Position numbers and translations under genes: made by a program
Notes under the pieces: model-generated
What the model was told of the DNA's origin: nothing
The model's database searches: none
The model's input: the letters and a program-made list of their open reading frames with translations, nothing else
Part shown: in pieces, positions 25,940 through 39,010 of the stretch
How the letters are laid out: the number at the start of each line of letters is the position of its first letter
Position numbering within the stretch: position 1 is the stretch's first letter
Assembly: GCF_001194135.2 (NCBI RefSeq)
Contig: NC_068981.1
Location: 62,245,945-62,309,944, forward strand
Direction: 5' to 3'
DNA: 64,000 bases
DNA from: Octopus bimaculoides
Lineage: Eukaryota

Positions 25940-27481
25940 TTTTTTGTGGTATGTATGTATATGTAATAATGTACACAGTACGTAACCTACAAATAGTTCT
26001 ATATTTTAGAGAAACACGACTCGGAAGAAAAACGCTTGAGAAATAGATAGAAGGATACTTTTTGAGAGTGAATCACAGAGAGAGAGAGTCAGACAGACAG
26101 AGACAGAGAGAGGGAGAGTGGGTAAGCGGGAAGAGAGAGAACGAAATTGGTAAAGAGGGTAAAGGAGAGAGAGAGAAATAGAATGAGAGATGTGCAAATG
26201 TACACCGGAGTTTATACCACGCCTAATGTCTCCAAATAATCTTCGGTCTCTGAGCACATGGCCTATATCAATTAGAAATCAGGACAAGTTTTGTCGTTCT
26301 GATTAGCTTCTCGTAATTCCATTTTTGTCGGGTAGAAGATTTTCTAAACGATAGTTAGATTGTAGTATACGGTTTCATAGATTGATAGGATAGGACTATT
26401 TTGGTAGAAAACTGTTGTTGTTCAAAGTTCAGTCATGCGTGTAATGAGATGCATCTATTTAGGCTTGTCTGGTTCAACTCTCAGGGTTGACAAAAAATAT
26501 ACGGATGGGAATTTATTATATGCTCAATAGATGTGTAACAAGTTTTACTTTTTTGTTGATGTTGTAGAACAGTGATGGATTATTTAACCTATTAATTAGA
26601 ATTAAATTTAACCAAGTCTTACACAGACAAATCAGTAATATAAGCGAAATTTCATTCGCTTATGCTTGCTACGATAGGCATGCAGCAACACGAAAACCAT
26701 TCTAAACGCTAACCGTTTCAAAGAAAAATTGTATGCTCATTGAAAACTGGTATAGCAAAAAAATATTTTGACGAATATGCACAGCTTTGAATAACGAGGT
26801 GAGAGTGAAATTTAGACTAATATCACCTGATAAGTGTGTTTAAGAGGCCTTGGTAAGTATAGCTATTCTCAAATATATGGATATTGAATTCAAGGCAAGG
26901 TTTGCAAAGAAAATTTTCCAAATAAAACGTCACGATCTAAAAGCAGATTCGATTTAATGCCAAAAATTATGCGTTATGTATAAGATAAGTAAAATAGGTG
27001 TAGAATTATTTTTATCTCGTTAAACTTGTATGCAGCTAATAGCGTTCTCTGTTCAGCAAACAAAGTAAAACACATGTCTAAAATCCCCATAATATCCCTT
27101 TAATCATACGATTCTTTCTTTATGTAATCAGTTGTATCTTCATGTGGCTTCCCTAGTTCATGCAAACATACACATATGCATCCATAACATACATGCATAA
27201 ATATATATGTGTGTGTTGATAGATAGATAAATAGATAGATAGATAGATAGATATGTCTGTACACATACAGCCTAAACTCACACACGCAACCAGACACACA
27301 TTTGTACATCTTTCATTCTATATCTCATTCTCTCCCCCTTTCTTGCTTTCTCTATTCATTTTCCCCTTACCCGCTAACCCTCTCCCTCTTTTCTACCATT
27401 CACACACTTGCTTGCGTTCATTCTAAGACAGTAGCTTGTTATTTCATAATCTTTTTTGTTTCGTATACATTTCCTTTTCTA

Positions 27482-28713
27482 TTGGGTAGGCAACGAAGTT
27501 CCCGCCGTTTATTTAAATTTAAATTTATTAAAAATGTTTGATAAAAAAAAAAAAAACTAATTAATTAATAATGTATTCAGCCTTGTTATTTACAACTTAT
27601 TCTCAAAGTTCAATAAGATTTTCAATACCTCATTGGTAGAAATGACCCGATTTCGACTCGAAAAATTGATCCAACCAAGCTCTCAATTCCGCATCAGTAT
27701 TAAACGAAACTCTACGCATAGCATTTGAAAGAGATCGAAAGCGGTGGAAATCCGTTGGTGCCAAATGAGGAGTGTACGTCGGGTGTGGCAACCCTTCCCA
27801 GCCATGTGTTTGAATGACTTCCTTGGTCATATTAGCGATATGAGGTCGGGCGTTGTCGTGCAGCAGAAATCCATACTGACGATTAGGTCCTTTCTCTCGA
27901 ATAACCGTGTTGAGTCGTTCCATTTGTTGAGCATAGAGTTCTGCGTTGACCGTTTGGTTCCGTTCAAGCAATTCGTAATGGATATTCCCTTCCCAGTCCC
28001 ACCATACGCACAACATCGTTTTACGCGGATGAAAATCTTGTTTCGTGCTCGTGTCACTTGCTTACCGGGACTAAGCCATTCCATACGATGCTTCATATTA
28101 ATGTACAGGTACCATTTTTCGTCGCCAGTAACGATTTGGTAAAGAAATCGTTGCTTGTGTCCATGAGCTGAGCGGTGATGAGCAAGCAAACCAGCGGCGA
28201 TTGTGGCTCGTTCATTTTTGTTGTTGTCATTTAAAGCATGCGGAACCCGTGTTCCATACTTCTGAATCTTTCTCATTGAATGAGGATGCTTCTCTATAGC
28301 AGTGTGGGAGCATTCCATTTTCTCTGCCAGTTCCCTTGTCGTTTGACGAGAATTTTCGTGCACAAGTTGGTTTAATCGCTTTTCATCGAACTCAACAAAC
28401 GGCCAGAACGAGGTGCGTCTTTGAGGTCAAAATTTCCATTTTTGATCTCGGCATACCAAACACCATCTCCATACACAGCACAAATGTCGCTAGCAGCTTT
28501 TTCGGCCTTAGAACTTAGATTAAAAGCAAAAAGAAGAAGGTGTCGAAAATGCTCGTTTTTCTTAGCAAAAATTAACTAAAATTAACTAGAAAAAAATAGA
28601 TTCCAAAATGATTCACAAATAGAATTCTGGAAAAAGAAATAGATTCTAAAATTTAAAAATGCATAAATTACAAAAGTTTAAAAAATACGGCGGGAACATA
28701 GTTGCCAACCCAA
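27482..28713 (-). mobile_element. Full-length mariner transposon (D,D34D), transposase pseudogene
   Basis: 27-bp TIRs ttgggtaggcaacgaagttcccgccgt and ttgggttggcaactatgttcccgccgt with TA on both sides. Motifs IVTGDEKW, CVWWDWEG, LLHDNARPH, HPTYTPHLAPTDF are split over frames. Confidence 0.95.
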
Positions 28714-28866
28714 TACATCAAATATTTTTCTCGGTCGTCTTTCACAACATAATGTAAAGCAATATACGCTACATAATATATACTAAAACATACATTATAA
28801 CTCTTCCATTCTACTCAAACTATTACTCAAAGCTTTTTACATTCTTGTTCATTACTACTACTATTA

Positions 28867-28930
<64 letters not shown>

Positions 28931-30339
28931 GTTTTAGACAGGATAATTTCTACCTGTCTCAAAAAACACAAATTTGAAATTACCATTAACGTTTTCTAGG
29001 GATATTGAAAATGAACCATCATTTTTTATCAGATGTTCAGATTGTCTGAAAGAATCTTGGGGTGAAAATAAAGTCAAACCATCGGATTAATCACTAAAGA
29101 AAATTACTTCTACATTTCTTTTTGTATTTGTATAGAATTCAATAGCTTAATGAACTATCTTTCACCTTACAAATTTGTTTAAAGTTATTTATCATTTAGA
29201 TATGTGCGATTTGGTGAGTTTCTCTGTCATGTATAGCAGTGAAGCAAAAAGATAAGTATACCAATATCCCCAGGTATTTATTGCGAAATATATTACGACT
29301 TGATAAATATTCATAGATATAGTGCTGTTTTTGTTGCACTTCAGATGAGTAGGAAGCACAGGGAGTGATTAACTCACAAAGAAACGAATGCAATAAACTG
29401 TCCTTACTATTCTTTGAAAGGAAGGAAAAAATCTTATATATATCATATAAGTGAAAACCTAATATATTCAAGTTGATGTTTTTGGTCACTGTCGTTCTTG
29501 TTTTTGCAGTTGTTGTTTCTACTCACGTTGTTTAGCATCGTGAATTCACTTATCAGAACAGATCTATTGGCAAAAGCGTTGCTGCTATAATACGAAACGT
29601 ATTTTACGCAGAGTAAAATTATGTCTACACAATCGAATATATTCTTGCTCTTTTAGACGGACGGAAACACTTTATTAAGTAATATGACTGCTGTTTCTAA
29701 CTAGTTGAACATAGCATAAAAGCTCCTCTGTCAGCGCATAATTATGCATATTAATTAAGAGGATTGAACAACATACCAGAATATGTTATCTCTAACGCTT
29801 TATTAATGCCCATGAATACTTAATACGTAATATCTGTGCTCACGTAACTATAAAAGGTAACATTTATTTAACAATTTATGCAGACACATCACTATAAAAT
29901 CGAATAGTCTCAAATATATGCAATTCATCACAATATGTCAGCATTTTAAATACCAGGATTTTGATGCAAAAGTGAATTGCAAACAATGTTCTGATTTAGC
30001 CAGAGATTATTATAATATAAATTAAAGTGCGTTGCATATAATATTTCAAAAGCGCCATCTATAGACATATTTCCTTTGTCTTCTAGCGTCATACCCTGGA
30101 ATGACTGTTAGGGGTAACATTATGGTATCGTAGACATTAGTACACAATGCGGAGCACACAGCTCTCTCGTTCGTACGACAGCATATAATAGCAAAATAGA
30201 CGGACCTACAAAATGAGTTGCAGAAAGGAGAGGGTACGATGAATTTTAGTAGAAATGTCCTGGTGTCGTTGGTTCGACGCTGACTTAAATGGTATCAGGT
30301 ATTTAAATGTTTCTCTTGTTTCTCTTTTACTTTCTCTCT

Positions 30340-30790
30340 TTCTCTGACTGGCACGCCATTTACATCCACTGGGATGCTCCAGTGGTAACACTCCATTACC
30401 ATCATGTTTACACCACTTATGTCTTGCAGCTTGATTAGCAGTGGCTGGATTACGACCAGGCTCAACTTGCTGCACACTAGGATACTCCCCTGGTGTGGCA
30501 CCTTCACCATTGGTTCCAGTCCCGTTCACAACGTTATCGTTAGCTACTTGTCTTGTCATATTCACTCACAAACGAGGCATGTTTTTAGCTTTACCATCCA
30601 CCTGTATTTTTGTCGAGACATTTCTATCAATGTTTCCCGCCAAAGGGGCAGAAGTCTTGCTCCCTTAGTTTTGAAATCGGACTGGTCTTCCTCCTAGGCT
30701 GCTTGCCATCCAAAGCTAACGAGTACAGCCTAGTCGGAGCACAGGATATTTGAAGGCGCAAGACATTCGACTCTTTACTCCCTTTTCCTA
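30340..30790 (-). mobile_element. R4/Dong-like retrotransposon, 5' UTR and N-terminus fragment
   Basis: MTRQVANDN...NQAARHKW, then a frameshift to VMECYHWSIPVDVNGVPVR, resembling the R4 N-terminal KW..EN..VMECY block. Upstream UTR carries a ctaggctg/cagcctag hairpin. Confidence 0.6.
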
Positions 30791-31099
30791 CAAGTTCAGC
30801 GAAGAAATTGAGTTGTCAGAGGATATGTTATACACAGGCCATTGGGGCATTTTATAAGTGAAGGTTGCTCGAATCCATTCATCATCCCAGCATAGATAGT
30901 TCTTACAAATTTTGTGTCTCCCTTCTTCAGTTTGCTATTACTACAACCATAATTACCATCTCTATCATCATTATTACTATTATTATATTTACAATTACTA
31001 CTATTACCACTAATATCATCAATATACTTACCATTCTCATCATTATCATTAATGTCAAAACTTTTACTACCACCATTATTGCAATTACCACCTCACTCA

Positions 31100-31166
<67 letters not shown>

Positions 31167-31167
31167 T

Positions 31168-31788
31168 TATGTTTTGACTTTTGTTTTGCATTTGTACAAG
31201 TTGGATCCAAGTCTCACCCAGAGACCTCAAGAGACAACAAGTTAGAAGTTCATGTAGGTGTTATGCCTAGGGTACCATATATTTGGATTTGTACATAGAA
31301 TGTTTAAGAAACCATAAGAAAATTATGTGTTTGTTTTAAAATTTCAGATCACATAGACAGTATTTTACGTAGGATATGGGCAGTTCCCATGAGCACTATC
31401 TTTNNNNNNNNNNNNNNNNNNNNNNNNNNNNNNNNNNNNNNNNNNNNNNNNNNNNNNNNNNNNNNNNNNNNNNNNNNNNNNNNNNNNNNNNNNNNNNNNN
31501 NNNNNNNNNNNNNNNNNNNNNNNNNNNNNNNNNNNNNNNNNNNNNNNNNNNNNNNNNNNNNNNNNNNNNNNNNNNNNNNNNNNNNNNNNNNNNNNNNNNN
31601 NNNNNNNNNNNNNNNNNNNNNNNNNNNNNNNNNNNNNNNNNNNNNNNNNNNNNNNNNNNNNNNNNNNNNNNNNNNNNNNNNNNNNNNNNNNNNNNNNNNN
31701 NNNNNNNNNNNNNNNNNNNNNNNNNNNNNNNNNNNNNNNNNNNNATGTATTTGTCTGAATATTTTTTTATTATACCTAAGGCACCTAC

Positions 31789-31790
<2 letters not shown>
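31168..31790 (-). mobile_element. 5'-truncated R4/Dong-like copy flanked by (AAT)n on both sides
   Basis: IIVGALGIIKKYSDKY (31745-31790), N gap, KIVLMGTAHILRKILSM* (31349-31403), a ~180-nt 3' UTR and an (AAT)n tail at 31100-31167. Confidence 0.85.
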
Positions 31791-31876
<86 letters not shown>

Positions 31877-31878
<2 letters not shown>

Positions 31879-31935
31879 TGAGTGAAAGAACAGCGCATGC
31901 CATCAAACTGACACCGGAGTATAAATTTACACCAC
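31877..31935 (-). mobile_element. 3' end of the unclassified AAT-tailed element also seen at 39424-39975
   Basis: Minus strand gtgtcagtttgatggcatgcgctgttctttcactca(gtaataat)n matches ttgtcactttgatggcatgcactgctttctcattca(ataat)n at ~39939-39975. Confidence 0.75.
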
Positions 31936-32491
31936 ATAGTTTATTTACAATTCAAGTAGGTGAGAAACAGAAGAACAAAGAAAAAGAAAGCAAAAAGGAA
32001 AACGGAAAGTAAAAAAGGAACAAAAGATTTTACATGTGTTGTAATCGTTCTCACGTTCACAATGTTATTCTCAATATGTGTGACGTACCAGTTAAAACAA
32101 TGTTTTGAACATCTTGTAAGAATGGTAATCCTGAGTTCATACTCCCTTATAGGTCATTCCAAATACTCCTACGATCACTAGTATTGTAACCGCCTTGAAA
32201 TGCCACAATTTTCGATTTCGTTATTATTATTATTAATTCCCTTTGCTAGATTCCTTCTGTGAAATCGTGTGTTGAAACAGGTATTGTTGTATTTTAGGAG
32301 TGTCATTTTATTTTATTTTGCCAAATAAATACACTCACTAAATATTTTTTCTTCACTCGTTTATGACTGTTCTTATTTTATTATTTTAACTCATGTCCAT
32401 TGTCCGGAATTTTTTGGTCACACATTTGTGACCTCTAGAGCGAGACTCTTCGTTTTCGTGTGTGTTCTTGCTTCACTTACTTGCTGCTGCT

Positions 32492-32614
32492 GCTTCTTCT
32501 TCTTCTTCTTTTTTCTTCTTCTTCTTCTTCTTCTTCTTCTTCTTCTTCTTCTTCTTCTTCTTCTTCTTCTTCTTCTTCTTCTTCTTCTTCTTCTTCTTCT
32601 TCTTCTTCTTCTTC
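32492..32614. repeat. (CTT)n microsatellite
   Basis: Directly visible. Confidence 0.97.
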
Positions 32615-34085
32615 AATTATTGCCATCTTCATCATCATCGTATAAATAATGTATACACCTTATAATGTACGCTACATTTAGAATATATTTCCACCTTTCG
32701 GGTTTTCCATTAAGGGCACTTTTATTCCCTGTATATCTAGATATTTCAATGCTTGATTGTTGCTTTGCAGTTTTATAATTTCCAATATCGATTATGAAGT
32801 TTGGCATTGAACGACTATACAGTCTAATATGCTCTTTCCGATAGCTGGAGATTTCATAGAATTTGAATTGTTTCAAGATGTCATTAAAAGATAATTCTTT
32901 TTTATTGAGCACATATCACATTTTTATTGAATGACAACTCTATTTCTACATTTTTCTAATTTTCTCTTCCTTTGGTAGCTCTTCCCTTTTTAACAGTCTA
33001 TGCCCCTCAATTTCTGCTTAAGTTTCACATACGGTATTTGGTATTTATTGTGTTTTACTTTCTATTATTTTTAATGCTTATATTTTTTATAAAGGATTCT
33101 TTTCTCACCATTCTTTTCATATTCTCAAAAAATTCGGGAAAAACAATTGTTAATACAAGTATGTTATCGTAACGCCATAGACAGTAGTATTTACGTCAAT
33201 GAAAGTTTCAGAATTCAATTTTTTTTTTTAATATTGATAGTATGTTCATATAATACTTCAAGAAGGATTACCATTACAGTCTGTTATTTAAAAGTAAATT
33301 CTAAAACGTAATGTGTGTATTGGAGAGCTTTATAAAAGATTTGAATTAGATAGCGCAAGTGAAGGTAAACACTGGGCCAACCAATTATTGGATTTCTTTC
33401 AGCTTCATATTCTACAGCTAAAGTCATGTGATAAATCCTCTGCTTGTTTGCAAATCTAAGAGCAACCTTTGAAAATATTAACTAATTATACATATTTTGA
33501 GACATACGCTACCGCAAGACGGTACATTTTCTCGTTATGGGTCTGAAACAGAACGAAATTGTGATTGTATGGAATTGTAGGTCATTTCACCGCATTTAAA
33601 TGTTCCTCCAACTCTAACATCTGCTTATTACATTTAAATCAACATTTCGCTTTAAGTTGATATAAATTACAAACAATAGACTCTGTAGTTCACAATCGTA
33701 AACAATCGTTTCCATACTATTCTCCTTATTTATATTTAAAAAATGCTTTTTCTCGATTTATGATACTTATAAAAACTGTATTTACCACTATTTTATTATG
33801 ATTATAAACAATTTTAAGAGTAATTGTATGATATATCAACACCATTAAAAATTCTCATTTTAATTCATTTCTTATAATATTAATGTGACTTAAACATTAA
33901 CACAAATTCCAAACCTCATAGATAAAATGGAATTCATTGTTGGTTGCAAATGATATCAGATATTTTGTATTAGAAAACAAAACACATATACAACTTTTGT
34001 TTTCCTGTTGCTACTAATAAAAGGATTAGTATAGTATAGAGCCACTTCTGATATGTGGCATATGGTCAATATGTCGGTTTGATGT

Positions 34086-34490
34086 CGCTGCCCTCATTTG
34101 CGCCTGCTACCGCGAGGTAGGTTCATCTGGGCCTCTCGACAGGAAGAGATCTAATTTTCTTTGAAAACACCTCTATCCAACTTATGTAGGTCCCACGAGT
34201 ACTTTGGGGAAATATTAAAAATCTGTGGGCCCTTGAAACTCAAGCTGTTGCAGTAACTGGTCCTGAAGCGCGACGGCATTGTTGGGATCTTTGGAACTTC
34301 GCAGTGACGATACGTTCTGGCATTTGTGTAGCATTCAATGCCAAAATTTGACAAAATCCATAATCCTCCAAATGTATATTACTGAATATTTTTCCAGACT
34401 TCGCTCCTGGTAGTAGAGTCTTAGTTGTTTCAACCTTTCCCACTAGCTGAGTTGTTGCAATAAGACGATCTTCTCTGTAAAGCTTCACTG
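34086..34490 (-). mobile_element. CR1/L2-group LINE 3' fragment
   Basis: YCNSLSFKGPQIFNISPK; DNA nearly collinear with 62800-62965 (gcgaggtaggttcatctggg). Confidence 0.85.
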
Positions 34491-34655
34491 AATTACTTCA
34501 AAGTCCGATTTTAACATATATATATATATATATATANNNNNNNNNNNNNNNNNNNNNNNNNNNNNNNNNNNNNNNNNNNNNNNNNNNNNNNNNNNNNNNN
34601 NNNNNNNNNNNNNNNNNNNNNNNNNNNNNNNNNNNNNNNNNNNNNTTTATATATG

Positions 34656-34686
<31 letters not shown>

Positions 34687-34691
<5 letters not shown>

Positions 34692-36011
34692 GTTGGCCAT
34701 AATTATGGGACACAATTTAGATGCTAGTATCTTGGTTATAAAAATGGCATAGAGTACCTCATATATTTATTTTATAATTGGTATACAGGTGTTTAACATT
34801 ATCTAAGATTTGAATATTACATCCTGTAGATGGCCATCACCACGAAAAGAACATTCACAAGCATGTTTTCTCATATCAAGCACACTGTGGCTTAGCATAT
34901 TAACTGGAATCGCTGCAATCTCTCTACGAATGTTTTATTTTTGTTCTGGTGCTGTGTGGGGCTTTCTTACTTATACCCTACTATTGGGGTAAACCCAAAG
35001 AAAATAGTCCACTGGGGTGAGATCTGGTTTTCTTAATGGCTGGTGGATATCACCAAATTTCGAAATGGGTTGCCCAGCAATTGTTTTCGAAGTATTGTTA
35101 CTGATAGTCACGTTGTGGCAACATCTTGTTACACCGACATCTGTGTCAGGACAAGCCTTTGTAACTCTGGGAAGACGGTCTTCAGCATATAGTTGAAGCA
35201 CTCAGCATTTACTATTGGAACTGCACCATATTCGCCTACAAAACAGTAAGGTCCAATCACACATAGATAATTCATTGCCCACTACATTGTAACCCTCTTC
35301 CTGTGCAAAGGCCTTTCATGCACGATTTGAGGACTTTCATAACCCCAATTGTCTTTATTAATGTAATCAGAAAGCCTAAAATGAACATCTGATGTTATCA
35401 AGTGATGGTTAAAATCTTCTTCCTCCCTGCACATATTGTCAGACCAATCACTAAAAGTCTTTCTTTGTACCTTATCTGGCGGAGCAATTGTTACACTGCA
35501 TGCATCTTATATGAATACAAGTGTACATCTTGTTTTAAAAATCTTTCGCGAAATATTCGACTGTTGAGTCAATCGATGCGTTGATTACGAGAGACTTTGT
35601 TGATTACCGTTCCCCACACTTTAACAGTTCCCAGCACTACGAGATGTTCGAGTCGACCCGAAGAAGTTTCCTTCTCGGTATTGCCTGTCTCACGGACGTT
35701 CGTAACAACGCGCATTATCACCTTTCGGGATGGTGCCTGTCGCTTTCCAAAATGATGTGGCAATTTTGTGTGGCTGGTGAAGTATGATTCGACTGGTAAA
35801 GCATACTATCTTTGGCTGGTGAAGAATGCTTCGACTACGCACGCAATCCCTTTTGGAACCCACGACATTATGAGGGCCACTCACTGTAAAAAATAGTAAA
35901 ATCTTAGATGTGTATATCAGTTATGTAATACATATAGTTGGTATTGTATGTCTCTTTTATAATCTAAGATACTAGTACTTAAAAGTTGTCCCATCATTAT
36001 AGCTCATCCTG
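34687..36011 (-). mobile_element. maT/DD37D-like Tc1/mariner transposon, degenerate
   Basis: Imperfect TIRs (ttgggttggccataattatgggaca vs caggatgagctataatgatgggaca) flanked by TA. Motifs APSRKVI.R.V..VRETG...SGR, ERPLH.KRVT...IGPY.F, PDLTPVDYFLW.Y..SRV. Catalytic spacing cannot be read because of decay. Confidence 0.75.
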
Positions 36012-36074
36012 TATATGTGTGTGTATGTGTGTGTGTGCATGCATGTGTGTGTGTGTATACACACAACGCATTGA

Positions 36075-36170
36075 TGTAGAAGACACTTGCCCATTATGAT
36101 ACGCACTATGGGTTTGAACACGGAATAAAGTGTTTGGGAAGCAGATTATTACCACAGAGCCACACCTACC
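36075..36170 (-). mobile_element. tRNA-derived SINE 5' fragment
   Basis: Minus strand gtggctctgtggtaataatctgcttcccaaacac..ccgtgttcaaaccc..gggcaagtgtcttct; similar to 48825-48950. Confidence 0.6.
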
Positions 36171-38249
36171 TATAAAATTCGCCCGAGAAGTGATGTGAAA
36201 ACGCACTGGAATTACAAATAGAATTAAAGACGAATAGACCATCATTTAAAGAAATGGTTTCACCTTATTTTAAGTATTGATTCCATGCGTTGTCCTGCCT
36301 TAAATTAATTTTCTACAGCTGTTCTTTTTAGACGTTAATATAGAACAATAATGTGTGTATATGTGTTTCGTGGGTGTGCGTGCGTGTGTGTGTGTGTGTA
36401 TGTGTGTGTGTGTGTGTATGTGCGTGTGCGTGCGTGCGTGCGTGTGTGTGTATGTACCTGCGTGATTGTGTGCATGCATATTTCTGTGTGGCTATGGTAT
36501 GACTTAAAAGAACATATTGGCAAGAATTGAATAGCTATTTTTTTATAGAAAAAAAATGGATGCTAATTATTTTAATGAACATTTATTTTATTTATCCTTA
36601 GACTTAGCAAATGGAATCACACTGAACACATTTCAATTTCTTTCAAAGTGACTACTGATTTCTAATTAAATTTATTTTCGTTAATCTCATGTAATAAATA
36701 TTTATCAGGAATGACGGGAAAATTGTTGAAATTTTCATTTCATTTAACTAATCTTGTGTTTCATGGGGAATTACAGTCGTGGTTATAAATCAGATGACAT
36801 TTCTTTTACAATGTTAATATGACCAATGGTTTCATTTTCTGTTATTGCCAAATTAGCCTGATCCTTATCAGTGATACTGTCTTTTCATAGTTTTCTTCTC
36901 GATATTTTATATAGATATTGTTAGACGAGGCAGTGTTTATAATTCATTTATATATCTGTTATAGTCAGGAATTACAACACTTGTCTCGTGAATGAGATTT
37001 GATACACAGAAACTGTGCTGAAACCCATCGGATGCACTGTAACTAATTTAAGATGTCACCTTTGTTATATACGGCTTCACGTTTGTTACGTCTGAGGTCT
37101 ATATGAATAGAACATGTACATTTAAATTACTGCTTATCAGCTAATACAAGGAATAGGCTATTTAGTGAATCAAACACATTAACGATACAAATGGTTGAAA
37201 TCAATGAAGGAACTAATTTATTTCTTACTTTATTTCATTGTCAAATTAATCGCCACTGTTCGGAGGTTCACTGTGAGAGATCGCTCCCGAGATAACCGAA
37301 ATAGTTACACATAAGCATATAATTTGTAAAGCATATTCATCACATACGTCACCGTCAATAAGCCAAGGATTTGTATAATGTCAAGCAATATTTATTTTTT
37401 CTCACAAAAATAATAGAACATAGACAAAAATGCACTTTTGCATTCTGAATTAAAAACTCGACGGATTCAATTTATATTCATCCTACTGATGTCGATAAAA
37501 TATGTACAATTTAAGAACTTAACCAATTAAAATTCACGTATTTTCCAACAATTTTTTTAAACGTGGCAGTTCTATAAACCGATATGTATAATATATATGG
37601 AATTCTTAGTTTTTGTGTATTCATTGAGGATATGCTCATTATTTGTTATATATTCTATCTATTATTTCTGTAATTATGATCTATATTGACTCTCTATAAT
37701 AGTACGAGTACACACAAATCATATTTCGATGAAAATATATTACATAATGTCTTTGTTTTACCATTCAATTCTCAGGACTATATCGGTAATTGTGAGAGTA
37801 TGTAAGAAACAAAAATATAGGCTTATGAGTGCGCATGTGAAGCACAATTTCTACTAATTATTGAGAAGCTAACATAGGTATATAGAATGATGATAACGAT
37901 GCGACTCAATTTGATGATAGTAAAATTGATGATAGGCTAGAATGCTCAGCGATGCGTTAAGCTTTAATTACTCTAAAATATCGCTAATCCAATTTCAGTG
38001 ATAAGCCACTTTATAGACTTCTAAAGTTAGGAAGAACAGAAATAGGTTTTGTAACTAAAGCACTTACTAAGAAACATTAATATCAGAAACAGAAATTATT
38101 AAACTACAACAGTGTACAGATGACAGTACTGACATAGATTGGTTTAGGATTTTAAACGACAAGCATAGAACTAGATTTACTCATTAGATTAACACAGCTA
38201 GATATCTATAAGTCGATGATGAAATTTTTGGTTGATAAGGTAACAAGTT

Positions 38250-38960
38250 CGCAAAAAGATATGTCAATATTGACCACTTAGACCTGGCTCTATCATGCAT
38301 GAGCAAACCAATATCTCCTTCTTTTCAGTAATGGATCTGCATTGGTTAAAACATTCGATATGGATGAATTGTTTTATGTATCGTTGGGCTCGTATGATGA
38401 TAAATTTATTTTTAAAAAAACAGGACTCTAGTTTATGAGAAAATACGAGAAAAACAGAAGTTGAAACACGAACAAGGTTGCTGAACATTTCGTTTCAAGC
38501 GGCTGCAATTTTGAAGAAGACTTGAAAGTGCATATTCTCAGAAAACATTCTGAATCTGCCCCACTTTCACTTCTCAGAATGTATGAGGAGAAATATGTGT
38601 GCGGGTTATTAACATCACGCCCTGGAGGAATGAATAAGATGACAGAAGAATATCATCAAATTCATACAAAACTGTTTAATTAAATATTCTTCTTTCTCTC
38701 TTTTTCTTTCCTTTTTTCTGTCTTCTTGTTTTTTCTATTTTTTTCTGTCTTTTTCTTTTCGTCTGTTATAAAATTGTAACTTAAAGACTGATGATGTCAT
38801 TCCATCAACGTGTGGACGCTGGTTGCTCTCGTTCATACTTTACGTTTAAATTTCTGTAATATTGAATTTTTATCACTTCTTATTTTGAACTTGACAAAGA
38901 CAGAGGCACGGTTGAAATATCGTTCAACTAATAAAATATCTTAAAATCGAATCGCGCTTT
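38250..38960 (+). mobile_element. Penelope-like element 3' end (GIY-YIG C-terminus plus terminal repeat)
   Basis: NKVAEHFVSSGCNFEEDLKVHIL...RMYEEKYVCGLLTSRPGGMNK fits the PLE VAxHF...DLxV...E...L.T..PxG(L/M)N block; followed by an AT-rich tail with a hammerhead relic. Confidence 0.7.
38885..38927 (+). ncRNA. Degenerate minimal type I hammerhead in the Penelope tail
   Basis: ttgaac-TTGACAA-agacagaggcacggtt-GAAA TA TC-gttcaa: perfect 6-bp stem I and a palindromic AUAU stem III, but C3U and G8A changes in the core. Confidence 0.5.
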
Positions 38961-39010
38961 TCGTCTTGACTGTTTAACTTTGTGAAGAGTTATCATTTTA
39001 TCATTTCATC

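Noticed and set aside
30670-30775. HDV-like ribozyme at the R4 5' UTR
   Set aside because: P1-like (ggagtaaa/tgtgctcc) and P4-like (ctaggctg/cagcctag) stems are present, but no P3/L3 or catalytic C in J4/2 could be assigned.
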